From NCBI GenBank assembly GCA_963557315.1, contig CAUWAX010000014.1:12648-76647 (forward strand): a DNA stretch of 64,000 nucleotides. Reading direction: 5' to 3'. This stretch comes from an uncultured Gemmiger sp. Lineage in GTDB: Bacteria > Bacillota > Clostridia > Oscillospirales > Ruminococcaceae. This document shows, in pieces, positions 48,514-56,165 of this stretch. The position numbers and the translations under genes are program-made. The notes beneath the pieces are model-generated. The model made no database searches, was not told the DNA's origin, and saw nothing but the letters and a program-made list of their open reading frames with translations. Every line of letters starts with the position of its first letter. Position 1 is the stretch's first letter.

Positions 48514-48906
48514 GTGGCCGAACCCGCCTATCAAAAGGAAGTATGCTTTGTGGAAGAACTAAAACCCCGGGTACATCATCTGCTGCGGCGCACCAACCGT
48601 AAGCTGACCGAGTATCGGTTCAAGGATCTCCAGATCGACCTGCGGGCCCATCGGGTCTGGCGGGCGGGGGTAGAGGTAGACCTGACCCTCCGGGAGTATG
48701 CGTTGTTGGAAACCTTGGTCATCAACCGCAACATTGCGCTGACCCGGGGGCAACTGCTCACCGCCGCATGGGGGTACGATTACATTGGCGAAAGCCGCAC
48801 GGTGGATGTCCATATCAACCGGGTGCGGCGCAAGCTGGGCCTCCAGCACGAGATCCAGACGGTTTTTAAGGTAGGGTATCGCCTCAATACCCGAGGGACG
48901 CTGTAA
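48514..48906 (+). CDS. Stand-alone OmpR/PhoB-type winged-helix DNA-binding domain protein (no receiver domain)
   Basis: 130 aa, GTG start with AAAAGGAGGG upstream. Trans_reg_C blocks (LTLREYALLETL, RTVDVHINRVRRKL, VFKVGYRL). The N-terminal 30 aa resemble only the last helix of a receiver domain. Confidence 0.7.
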   Translation: MAEPAYQKEVCFVEELKPRVHHLLRRTNRKLTEYRFKDLQIDLRAHRVWRAGVEVDLTLREYALLETLVINRNIALTRGQLLTAAWGYDYIGESRTVDVHINRVRRKLGLQHEIQTVFKVGYRLNTRGTL

Positions 48907-50164
48907 CGCCCCACTGTTGGGCCACTGCCTGCCGTTCTTGGGCGGCCAAGGTTTCCCATGGGGGATTGGCCCACAGGGAGCCGTACCGGTAGAGCCCCGC
49001 CCCCTGAAAGCCCAGTGTTTCCAGCAGGGCCAGTTGGTCGGCCAAGGCGTGGCCGGTGTTCCATTCGTCGGCGCCGGCAGTGCTGCCGTCCCCATCCCCC
49101 AGCCGGTAGGCGCCCAGCCCGCCGTAGAGCGCCACCCCCTCGGCCCGGGACAGCGCCGCCCATTGGGCAGCCAGTTCGGGCAGACTGCGGGTGGTGTCGC
49201 CGTTTTGTTCGTAGGTAAGGCCCCAGTAAAGCTGGGGCATCAGATAATCCACAAAGCCGCCCTGTGCCAGCCACCGGGCGGCATCGCTGTATTGGCCGCT
49301 GTAACACAGCTCCAAATCGGCCATGGGCGCCACGCCGAACCGCACGCCGTAGCGTTGGGTCACGCTGTGGCAAAGGGTCATCAGCTCGTTGACGTTCTGC
49401 CGCCGCCAGTTTTCCAGCGAAAGGCCGCTCTCCGCCGCGGCATAGTCCGCCGCGTCAAAGGAGGCGTCGGTGGTGGGGTAGAAATAGTCGTCAAAGTGGA
49501 TGCCGTCCAAGTCGTAGTTTTGGCAGAGTTCCTCTACCCCATCGGCGATGAACTGCCGCACGGCGGGGTCGCCGGGGTCAAGGTAGATGCCTTGGGTGGT
49601 GACCTTGCACCATTCGGGGTGCTGCCGGGCGGGGCTGTCGTCGCAAAGGGCGGGCACGCCCCCCACCTGTAAGCGGTAGGGGTTGACCCAAGCTTCCAGT
49701 TCCAACCCCCGGTCGTGGGCAGCCTGCACCAGCAGGGCCAGGGGATCATAGCCGGGGTCCTGTCCTTGGGTACCGGTGCAAAGGTGGCTGAAGGGAAAGA
49801 GTGCACTGGGGTAGAGGGCGTCCCCGAAAGGCCGCACTTGGGCCAGCACCACGGTGGCCCCCACGTCGGCGATGTTGTCCAGCAGCGCCCCGGCATCTTG
49901 GGCGAAGGTGTCGGCGGAAGAAAAGTCCACCTGCTGCCATTCCAGATAGCTGACCCACACCGCCCGGTAGGGGGTGGTGCGGGTCGCGGGCGCCGCCGTG
50001 GCCGACGGCGCAGCGGTGGCGGTGGACGGGGCGGAATCCCCCGCAGAGGAAGAACCGCGGGAACCCGCCGCCCTATCGGAGAGCATCCATAGGGGTGCCA
50101 CCAGCGCCACCAATGCCCACCCCAACACCAACAGACCCCAGCCCCAACGCCGCACGACCCGCAC
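48884..50164 (-). CDS. Glycoside-hydrolase-like GHL10 (DUF187/YngK-type) secreted protein
   Basis: 426 aa. N-terminal TM/signal sequence and Ser/Thr/Ala linker. TIM-barrel-like blocks (VWVSYLEW, GLELEAWVNPYRL, GIHFDDYFYP). Confidence 0.72.
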   Translation of the reverse strand: MRVVRRWGWGLLVLGWALVALVAPLWMLSDRAAGSRGSSSAGDSAPSTATAAPSATAAPATRTTPYRAVWVSYLEWQQVDFSSADTFAQDAGALLDNIADVGATVVLAQVRPFGDALYPSALFPFSHLCTGTQGQDPGYDPLALLVQAAHDRGLELEAWVNPYRLQVGGVPALCDDSPARQHPEWCKVTTQGIYLDPGDPAVRQFIADGVEELCQNYDLDGIHFDDYFYPTTDASFDAADYAAAESGLSLENWRRQNVNELMTLCHSVTQRYGVRFGVAPMADLELCYSGQYSDAARWLAQGGFVDYLMPQLYWGLTYEQNGDTTRSLPELAAQWAALSRAEGVALYGGLGAYRLGDGDGSTAGADEWNTGHALADQLALLETLGFQGAGLYRYGSLWANPPWETLAAQERQAVAQQWGVTASLGY

Positions 50165-50215
50165 CTCCTTTTGGGGAAAGATATGCCCGTCCGCCCCAAA
50201 AAATGCCCGCCGCCC

Positions 50216-50244
50216 TTGGCAACCGGCCCGATTTGTGATATACT
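50216..50244 (+). promoter_or_regulatory. Promoter of tRNA(CAU)
   Basis: TTGGCA-17 nt-TATACT with a TGn extended -10. The tRNA starts about 19 nt downstream. Confidence 0.65.
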
Positions 50245-50262
50245 ATTGTGTACGACTGATGC

Positions 50263-50339
50263 GGGCCATTAGCTCAGTTGGTCAGAGCTGGCGGCTCATA
50301 ACCGCTTGGTCCCGGGTTCAAGTCCTGGATGGCCCACCA
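50263..50339 (+). tRNA. tRNA with CAU anticodon (Ile2-lysidine-like or elongator Met), CCA encoded
   Basis: Hand-folded cloverleaf: GGGCCAT / GCTC-AGTTGGTCA-GAGC / GGCGG-CTCATAA-CCGCT / CCGGG-TTCAAGT-CCTGG / ATGGCCC-A-CCA. Confidence 0.88.
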
Positions 50340-50633
50340 ATAAAAGAGCGTCCCCAAACAGGGGACGTTTTTTTATTCAAAAGGCCATTCAGGACTTGAA
50401 CAGCCCGTAGCCAAACAGTCCTGCGGACTGTTTGGCAGGGCGCGGGTCAGCAGAGGATGGCCCACCAATAAAAGAGCGTCCCCAAACAGGGGACGTTTTT
50501 TTATTCAAAAGGCCATTCAGGACTTGAACAGCCCGTAGCCAAACAGTCCTGCGGACTGTTTGGCAGGGCGCGGGTCAGCAGAGGATGGCCCACCAATAAA
50601 AGAGCGTCCCCAAACAGGGGACGTTTTTTTATT
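50327..50633 (+). repeat. 128-bp tandem repeat (2 identical copies plus a partial third), seeded by the tRNA 3' end and its terminator
   Basis: GGATGGCCCACCAATAAAAGAGCGTCCCCAAACAGGGGACGTTTTTTTATT... starts at 50327, 50455 and 50583. Copies 1 and 2 are identical over 128 nt. Confidence 0.9.
50349..50374 (+). terminator. Intrinsic terminator of tRNA(CAU), duplicated at +128 and +256
   Basis: CGTCCCC-AAACA-GGGGACG followed by TTTTTTT. Confidence 0.85.
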
Positions 50634-50660
50634 ATGCAAAGACAAGATTCTGCCGTTGAA

Positions 50661-50770
50661 AATGGCCGCTTTTCGCGGCCGTATAAATCGGAACCAACGC
50701 GCTGCGTTGGTTTTTGCACCGCGCTGTACACTGTGGGCGCGGTTGCGGGGCATGGCCCCGCAGGCAAAAA
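50661..50770 (-). repeat. Structured ~110-nt repeat, family 2, copy B, inserted into the third tandem unit
   Basis: Its reverse complement aligns to 23714-23823. The differences within the hairpins are compensatory (GGCCGCGAAAAGCGGCC versus GGCCCCGGAACCGGGGCC). Confidence 0.8.
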
Positions 50771-50845
50771 ACTTGAACAGCCCGTAGGCAAACAGTCCTG
50801 CGGACTGTTTGACAGGGCGCGGGTGAACAGAGGATGGCCCACCAA
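50771..50845 (+). repeat. Displaced distal part of the third 128-bp unit
   Basis: ACTTGAACAGCCCGTAGGCAAACAGTCCTGCGGACTGTTTGACAGGGCGCGGGTGAACAGAGGATGGCCCACCAA, with a few substitutions relative to copies 1 and 2. Confidence 0.85.
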
Positions 50846-50878
50846 TGCAAAAGCGCATCCGGTGCCCGCCTTCCCCGC

Positions 50879-50907
50879 TTGACAGCGCCCCGGCCCGGTG
50901 CTATACT
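50879..50907 (+). promoter_or_regulatory. Near-consensus sigma-A promoter
   Basis: TTGACA-17 nt-TATACT. Confidence 0.7.
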
Positions 50908-50915
50908 AAGACTGT

Positions 50916-51006
50916 GCTCCTTAAGAGCGAACAATCGAAGAATTTTGATGACACGCCTATTCCCATACGGGATAAGTGTGTCATTTTTTTGTTCGCAGAA
51001 AGGAGC
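50916..51006 (+). promoter_or_regulatory. Structured 5' leader: terminator-like hairpin nested inside an SD-sequestering helix
   Basis: GCTCCTT (50916) pairs with AAGGAGC (51000), and GCGAACAA (50927) pairs with TTGTTCGC (50989). The inner hairpin is ATGACAC...GTGTCAT followed by T7 (50948-50990). Confidence 0.4.
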
Positions 51007-51016
51007 ATGTCTACAA

Positions 51017-51394
51017 ATGTTGCAGAAAATTGAACAGGAAGGAATTGTTTGTTCGGTATTTACCAACGACAAGACGGTGGCCGCCACCGAAAACCCGGCG
51101 CTGGACCTCCAGACGGTGGTCTATGCTGGGTGGCGGTGGCTGTATCGGTGCCGGGCGCTGCGCAAGCCGCTGTGCGCGCTCTGTCTGGGGTTCCGGCGGG
51201 GCAAGTACCGCCGCAAGAGCCTGCGGTTGGTGGTGACGCTGCCCGCCCGGGCGGCCCAGCTTCCGGGGGATGGGTACCTCCACCTGCTGGTTCGCCTCTC
51301 GTCGGAGGGCGCCTATCTGGAGGCCGTCAACCATACCGCCCAGAAGCGGCCCGGGGGGCTGCCCCACCGGGGCCGGCGGGTCGTCTTCCACTGA
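51017..51394 (+). CDS. Hypothetical Arg-rich protein
   Basis: 125 aa from ATG 51017 (GAAAGGAG 11 nt upstream). Bracketed by a consensus promoter and an intrinsic terminator. No recognisable family. Confidence 0.45.
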   Translation: MLQKIEQEGIVCSVFTNDKTVAATENPALDLQTVVYAGWRWLYRCRALRKPLCALCLGFRRGKYRRKSLRLVVTLPARAAQLPGDGYLHLLVRLSSEGAYLEAVNHTAQKRPGGLPHRGRRVVFH

Positions 51395-51397
51395 CCC

Positions 51398-51428
51398 AAA
51401 CCCGGGAGCCATCGGCTCCCGGGTTTTT
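51398..51428 (+). terminator. Intrinsic terminator
   Basis: CCCGGGAGCC-ATC-GGCTCCCGGG followed by TTTTT. Confidence 0.85.
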
Positions 51429-51507
51429 GCATGGGGGCGGCGGCTCTTTACGGGGCGCGATTGCCGTATTATAATGAAACAAAAAGAATAAGGGTGGAGG
51501 AATTTTC

Positions 51508-52623
51508 ATGAGATTGTATGGAAAACTTGCCGCCTTAAGCCTGACGGCTGCGTTGTTGCTGACAGGCTGCGGCACCACCATCACAGGGGTGACGCTGGGC
51601 CTGCCCGACCAGATGGAGCGCGGCGCCACCGGAATGGCCACCCCGGAATATGCGTACAGCGGTGCCACGCCGGAGGCGGCGAAAGTCGAGGAACTGGCGG
51701 ACAAGCTGGGCCTGAGCTATACATCCAGCGACCCGTCGGTGGTGATGGTGGATGCCGACGGCAATCTGGCGGCCTTGGCGGCAGGCACGGCGGAAGTGGC
51801 CCTGACCAGTGCGGACGGCAAGATCTCGGCCAGCGGGACCATCACGGTGGTGGTCAGCCCCACCGGGTTGACCATGCCCGAAACGCTGACCTTCACGGTG
51901 GGGGACGAAGCCCAGTCGGCAGCGGCCACCGTCCAGCCCGAGGATGCCACCGACCAGAACGTTACCTACACCTCCTCCGATGAAGCGGTGGCCACGGTAG
52001 ATGCCGCAGGCAGCGTAACGCCGGTGGCCGCAGGGGAAGCGGTGATCACGGCGAAGCTGGGAGATTTGGAAGCGAGCTGCACGGTGACGGTGGAAGAACC
52101 GAATACCACAGCCCCCACAGAAACTACCGGGCAGGCGGAACAGACCGCCCCGGCGGCATCGGGCAGCGAGGGCGGCGAGAGCGGCGACACCGCCGACAGC
52201 GCCCAGACCCCGGCGCCGGCGGCCAGCACAGCCTACGGCGCCATTCCGTTCAGCCTTGCGGCAGGAACGCAGGAATGGTTTGGGATCGATTCTACCGATG
52301 ATGCCTATTGGGCGACGCTGGAAAACATCAATGCCTACCGGGCTGCGGCGGGGGTGCCTGCTCTGAGCGTAGACAGCAATTTGACCGCCATTGCGGGACA
52401 GCGTTGTATTGACATGGTGATTTCTGGCACGATGAGCCACGACGGGTATCAAACCCCTGAAATCATTGCACAAAACTGGAACTCCGCACAGGCTGTCGTG
52501 GATGCTTGGGCGGCAAGTCCGGGACATTATGCCGCCATGACCAGCCCCGACTACACGGTTTGTGGTATTGGGTGTGCCTTCGAGGAGGGCGGTACCACCT
52601 ACTGGTGTGTGACCTTCGGCTGA
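51508..52623 (+). CDS. Lipoprotein with Big_2 (Ig-like) repeats and a C-terminal CAP/SCP (YkwD-like) domain
   Basis: 371 aa. Lipobox LLTGC. Two SSDxxVxxVDxxGxxxxxxxGxAxxT Big_2-type repeats. CAP block NAYRAAAGVPAL...WAASPGHYAAM. Confidence 0.75.
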   Translation: MRLYGKLAALSLTAALLLTGCGTTITGVTLGLPDQMERGATGMATPEYAYSGATPEAAKVEELADKLGLSYTSSDPSVVMVDADGNLAALAAGTAEVALTSADGKISASGTITVVVSPTGLTMPETLTFTVGDEAQSAAATVQPEDATDQNVTYTSSDEAVATVDAAGSVTPVAAGEAVITAKLGDLEASCTVTVEEPNTTAPTETTGQAEQTAPAASGSEGGESGDTADSAQTPAPAASTAYGAIPFSLAAGTQEWFGIDSTDDAYWATLENINAYRAAAGVPALSVDSNLTAIAGQRCIDMVISGTMSHDGYQTPEIIAQNWNSAQAVVDAWAASPGHYAAMTSPDYTVCGIGCAFEEGGTTYWCVTFG

Positions 52624-52632
52624 TAAAACTGG

Positions 52633-52670
52633 AAAACGCCGGGCGCAGAAGCGCCCGGCGTTGTTGTTTT
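52633..52670 (+). terminator. Intrinsic terminator
   Basis: AACGCCGGGCGC-AGAA-GCGCCCGGCGTT followed by GTTGTTTT. Confidence 0.8.
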
Positions 52671-52692
52671 GCCGCGGCCGGCATGGTATACT
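52664..52692 (+). promoter_or_regulatory. Putative promoter of the R-M gene
   Basis: TTGTTT-17 nt-TATACT with TGn, the same layout as the dnaA promoter. Confidence 0.45.
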
Positions 52693-52753
52693 GAACCCAG
52701 AAGAAAAAAGCAAGGCGTTTGCCCTATTTTGACGGCACGATGAGGTGAACAGC

Positions 52754-55567
52754 ATGACGGATGCACAAAGGCAGAAGGCAGCAAAAGAGTTTGCCGAGTA
52801 TTGGAAAGGCAAAGGGTATGAAAAAGGGGAAAGCCAACCCTTCTGGCTTTCTCTGCTCCGGGATGTTTATGGCGTGGAGCACCCGGAACAGTTTATTGAA
52901 TTTGAAGATCAGGTCCATCTGGACCACACCAGCTTTATTGATGGCTATATTCCTTCTACCCGTGTATTGATCGAGCAGAAGGCGTTGGACAAGGATATGA
53001 AGAAAGGCATCCGCCAGTCGGACGGTTCCTATTTGTCGCCGTTCCAGCAGGCCAAGCGGTATATTACCGAACTGCCGGTGTCCAAACATCCGCGGTGGGT
53101 GGTTACCTGCAATTTCAGTACCTTTTATGTGTATGATATGGAACGCCCTCAGGGTGAGCCGGAAGTGATTAAGCTGGAGAATCTGGAAAGCGAAGCCTAT
53201 CGGCTGCAATTTCTGGTAGATTCCGGCAATGAGCATCTGAAACGGGAGATGGAGGTATCCATCGCCGCCGGTGAGATTGTCGGGCTTTTATACGATGCTT
53301 TCCTGAAGCAGTATGCAGACCCCAGAAGCGAGCGAGCCTTAAAAAGTCTGAACAAACTGTGTGTACGGCTGGTCTTTTGTTTGTATGCCGAGGATGCCGG
53401 TATTTTCGGCCGCCACGGCATGTTCCATGATTATCTGTCGGCCTTTGATACCCGCAGTATGCGTCGCGCTTTAGTGGATCTTTTCAAGGTATTGGATACC
53501 AAAGAAGAGGATCGGGATCAATATTTAAAAGCGGATAATCCGGAACTGGCAGCTTTCCCCTATGTGAACGGCGGCCTTTTCTCGGATGAAGATATCGAGA
53601 TCCCTCCCTTTACCGATGAGATTCGGGAGCTGCTGTTGGCAAAGGCCAGTGACGATTTCAACTGGTCGGAGATTAGCCCCACCATTTTCGGTGCCGTGTT
53701 TGAGAGCACCTTGAACCCGGAGACCCGCCGCAGCGGGGGTATGCACTATACCAGCATCGAGAATATTCACAAGGTAATAGACCCTCTGTTTCTGGATGAT
53801 TTGAAAGGGGAACTGGACGAAATCTGTGCCATTGCGGTGGACCGCACCAAGATGGCCAAGCTGAAAGCCTACCAGCGCAAGCTGGCATCCCTGACTTTTC
53901 TGGACCCAGCGTGTGGTTCTGGCAACTTCCTGACGGAAACTTATCTGAGTTTGCGTCGTTTGGAAAACCGGGCCCTGTTGGAATTGTTGCACGGTCAGAT
54001 GGCAATGTATACGGCCAGCGACAGCCCGATTCAAATTTCTATTTCTCAATTTTACGGTATCGAAATCAATGACTTCGCGGTGACGGTCGCCAAGACGGCG
54101 CTCTGGATTGCCGAAAGTCAAATGATGAAGGAAACCGAGAAAATCCTGCTGGTGCCGTTGGAGTTCCTGCCTCTGAAAACCAACGCCTATATTGTGGAAG
54201 GAAATGCCCTGCAGATGGATTGGGAAGAAGTTGTGCCCAAGACCCGGCTGAACTATATCATGGGCAATCCGCCGTTTGTGGGAAAGAAAGAGCAAACTTC
54301 CAGTCAGAAAAAAGAACTTATGACTATTTACGGTAAAGGCATTTCTGGCATAGGAAATATGGATTATGTAACGGGTTGGTATATTAAAGCCGCCGAATAT
54401 ATGCAGGAAACATCTATAGTAGCAGCTTTTGTTTCGACAAACTCTGTTACCCAAGGAGAACAGCCTGGTGTATTATGGGAAAAACTTTCTCAATACAATG
54501 TACAGATTGTTTTTGCATACCGAAGTTTTGTATGGGAAAGCGAAGCTAATGAAAAAGCTCATGTTCATTGCGTTATCATTGGTTTTACTTGCTCAACAGG
54601 CGTTTTTACTAAGAAAATATATACAGGAACTCGCTATACAGAAGCTGAGTTTATAAATTCATACTTGGTTGATGCGCCAATGGTTTATATTAAAAATAGA
54701 AAAGAAGGTCCTATATGTGATGTCCCAGCAATGTGTTATGGCTCTATGCCAATAGATAACAATAATTTGATATTGAGTGCGGAAGATGTTGATGCGGCAT
54801 TGAAGGAAAATCCCAATAATGCCCAATGTATTCGAGAATATGTTGGTGGCGATGAACTATTAAACAACAAAAAACGTTGGTGCTTGTGGTTAGAGGGAGT
54901 TGACCCTTCGGTTTATATAAATTCTAAATTTATAATGAACCGAATCGAGGCAACTAAAAATTATCGTCTTTATGAATCTACTCGCCCACAAACGAATAAG
55001 GCGGCTGAAACGCCGCAGCTCTTTGGAGAAATCCGTCAACCGCAAAATGGAGCGCTGGTTATCCCTAAGGTGTCGTCAGAAGACAGACTCTATATTCCGA
55101 TTGCATACGTAAAGCCCGGAATAATCATAAATGGTAGTGCACTTATGATTCCGAATGCATCGCTCTATCATTTTGGTATTTTATCATCGAATGTGCATAA
55201 TGCATGGATGCGTATTGTGGCAGGACGTATGAAAAGTGATTATCAATATTCTTCGGGTATTGTATATAATAACTTCCCTTGGCCCAGCGTATCCGAAAAG
55301 CAAAAAGAACTTATAAAAAAGGCTGCCCAAAAAGTTTTAGAAGCAAGGGATAAGCATAAAAATGTTTCTCTTGCGGCTATGTATAAGGAAAAAAATTTTT
55401 TGCTTTTTGGTGAGCTAAAAACTGCACATGATAATTTAAATCGTGTGGTGATGGATGCTTACGGTTTTGTAAAAGGGACAGAAGCAAGAACTAGTGAAAG
55501 TGCCTGTGTAGCTGAACTGATGAAGATGTACCAGAAAAAGGTTGTCGAACTGGACGCCAACAAGTAA
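52754..55567 (+). CDS. MmeI-family type IIL restriction-modification enzyme (fused endonuclease, N6-adenine methyltransferase and TRD)
   Basis: 937 aa from ATG 52754 (GAGGTGA upstream). N-terminal D...EQK nuclease motif (FIDGYIPSTRVLIEQK). MmeI-like blocks LVFCLYAEDAGIF, AAFPYVNGGLF, DPACGSGNFL, NPPFVG, FVSTNSVTQGEQ, HCVIIGF. Confidence 0.85.
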   Translation: MTDAQRQKAAKEFAEYWKGKGYEKGESQPFWLSLLRDVYGVEHPEQFIEFEDQVHLDHTSFIDGYIPSTRVLIEQKALDKDMKKGIRQSDGSYLSPFQQAKRYITELPVSKHPRWVVTCNFSTFYVYDMERPQGEPEVIKLENLESEAYRLQFLVDSGNEHLKREMEVSIAAGEIVGLLYDAFLKQYADPRSERALKSLNKLCVRLVFCLYAEDAGIFGRHGMFHDYLSAFDTRSMRRALVDLFKVLDTKEEDRDQYLKADNPELAAFPYVNGGLFSDEDIEIPPFTDEIRELLLAKASDDFNWSEISPTIFGAVFESTLNPETRRSGGMHYTSIENIHKVIDPLFLDDLKGELDEICAIAVDRTKMAKLKAYQRKLASLTFLDPACGSGNFLTETYLSLRRLENRALLELLHGQMAMYTASDSPIQISISQFYGIEINDFAVTVAKTALWIAESQMMKETEKILLVPLEFLPLKTNAYIVEGNALQMDWEEVVPKTRLNYIMGNPPFVGKKEQTSSQKKELMTIYGKGISGIGNMDYVTGWYIKAAEYMQETSIVAAFVSTNSVTQGEQPGVLWEKLSQYNVQIVFAYRSFVWESEANEKAHVHCVIIGFTCSTGVFTKKIYTGTRYTEAEFINSYLVDAPMVYIKNRKEGPICDVPAMCYGSMPIDNNNLILSAEDVDAALKENPNNAQCIREYVGGDELLNNKKRWCLWLEGVDPSVYINSKFIMNRIEATKNYRLYESTRPQTNKAAETPQLFGEIRQPQNGALVIPKVSSEDRLYIPIAYVKPGIIINGSALMIPNASLYHFGILSSNVHNAWMRIVAGRMKSDYQYSSGIVYNNFPWPSVSEKQKELIKKAAQKVLEARDKHKNVSLAAMYKEKNFLLFGELKTAHDNLNRVVMDAYGFVKGTEARTSESACVAELMKMYQKKVVELDANK

Positions 55568-55580
55568 AGCAAACCAAAAC

Positions 55581-55613
55581 AAAAATCCGGGAGCAGCCGC
55601 TCCCGGATTTCTT
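55581..55613 (+). terminator. Intrinsic terminator of the R-M gene
   Basis: AAATCCGGGAGC-AGCC-GCTCCCGGATTT followed by CTT. Confidence 0.8.
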
Positions 55614-55640
55614 ATCTTATAGGAATAGGGCAATAGTCTG

Positions 55641-56125
55641 TGACCCCGACGGGAATCTCCCGCGGGCTAACAAACAGTCCACCGGACTGTTCGTTGCGCG
55701 CTGCGGCGCGCCGCCCTGTATCGGGCGCGGGTGCCCCGCATCGGGCGACGCCCCTTGGGGCGGGGCTGGCCCTCTGCGACCCGCGGCCCTGCGACCGCAC
55801 CCTGCATCCGCCGCAGGCGGCGGTCGCCTGCGCAGCAATTCCTCGTACGGAAACAAAAAAATCTCCTCCAGCCTGAGCTAGAGGAAATTTTTTATGACCC
55901 GTACGGGAATCTCCCGCGCTCTAAAAACGCTCCGCAGGAGCGTTTTTGCCCACCGGAGCGAACGGTGGGCAAAAGCTTTTCGATTCCCGTACGTCGGCCC
56001 AAACTGTATAGAATAAGAGCTTTTTCCATAGCCCCGACGGGAATCTCCCGCGGGCTAACGAACAGTCCACTGGACTGTTCGTTGCGCACTGCGGTGCGCC
56101 GCCCTGTTCGATTCCTCGTACGGAA
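55641..56125 (-). repeat. Three units derived from the tRNA-Glu 3' end, downstream of tRNA-Glu
   Basis: Each unit is bounded by a direct copy (TGACCCGTACGGGAATC-type at 55641, 55897 and 56031) and an inverted copy (TTCGATTCC(T)CGTACG at about 55838, 55979 and 56108) of the tRNA-Glu T-arm/acceptor end. Confidence 0.8.
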
Positions 56126-56127
56126 GC

Positions 56128-56160
56128 ACAAAAATAACCCCCAGCCTAAGCTGGGGGCTT
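56128..56160 (-). terminator. Intrinsic terminator of the tRNA-Met/tRNA-Glu operon
   Basis: On the minus strand: AAGCCCCCAGC-TTAG-GCTGGGGGTT followed by ATTTTTG. Confidence 0.8.
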
Positions 56161-56165
56161 ATTTT

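Noticed and set aside
50327-50845. Possible CRISPR array, because of regularly spaced repeats downstream of tRNA(CAU)
   Set aside because: The units are 128 bp, directly abutting, with no unique spacers. Each contains a tRNA 3' end plus a terminator. No cas genes or leader are in the window.
52624-56165. Integrated prophage or ICE at tRNA-Glu
   Set aside because: No integrase, recombinase, transposase or phage-like gene is present. Only the single R-M gene and short repeat units lie between the flanking housekeeping genes.
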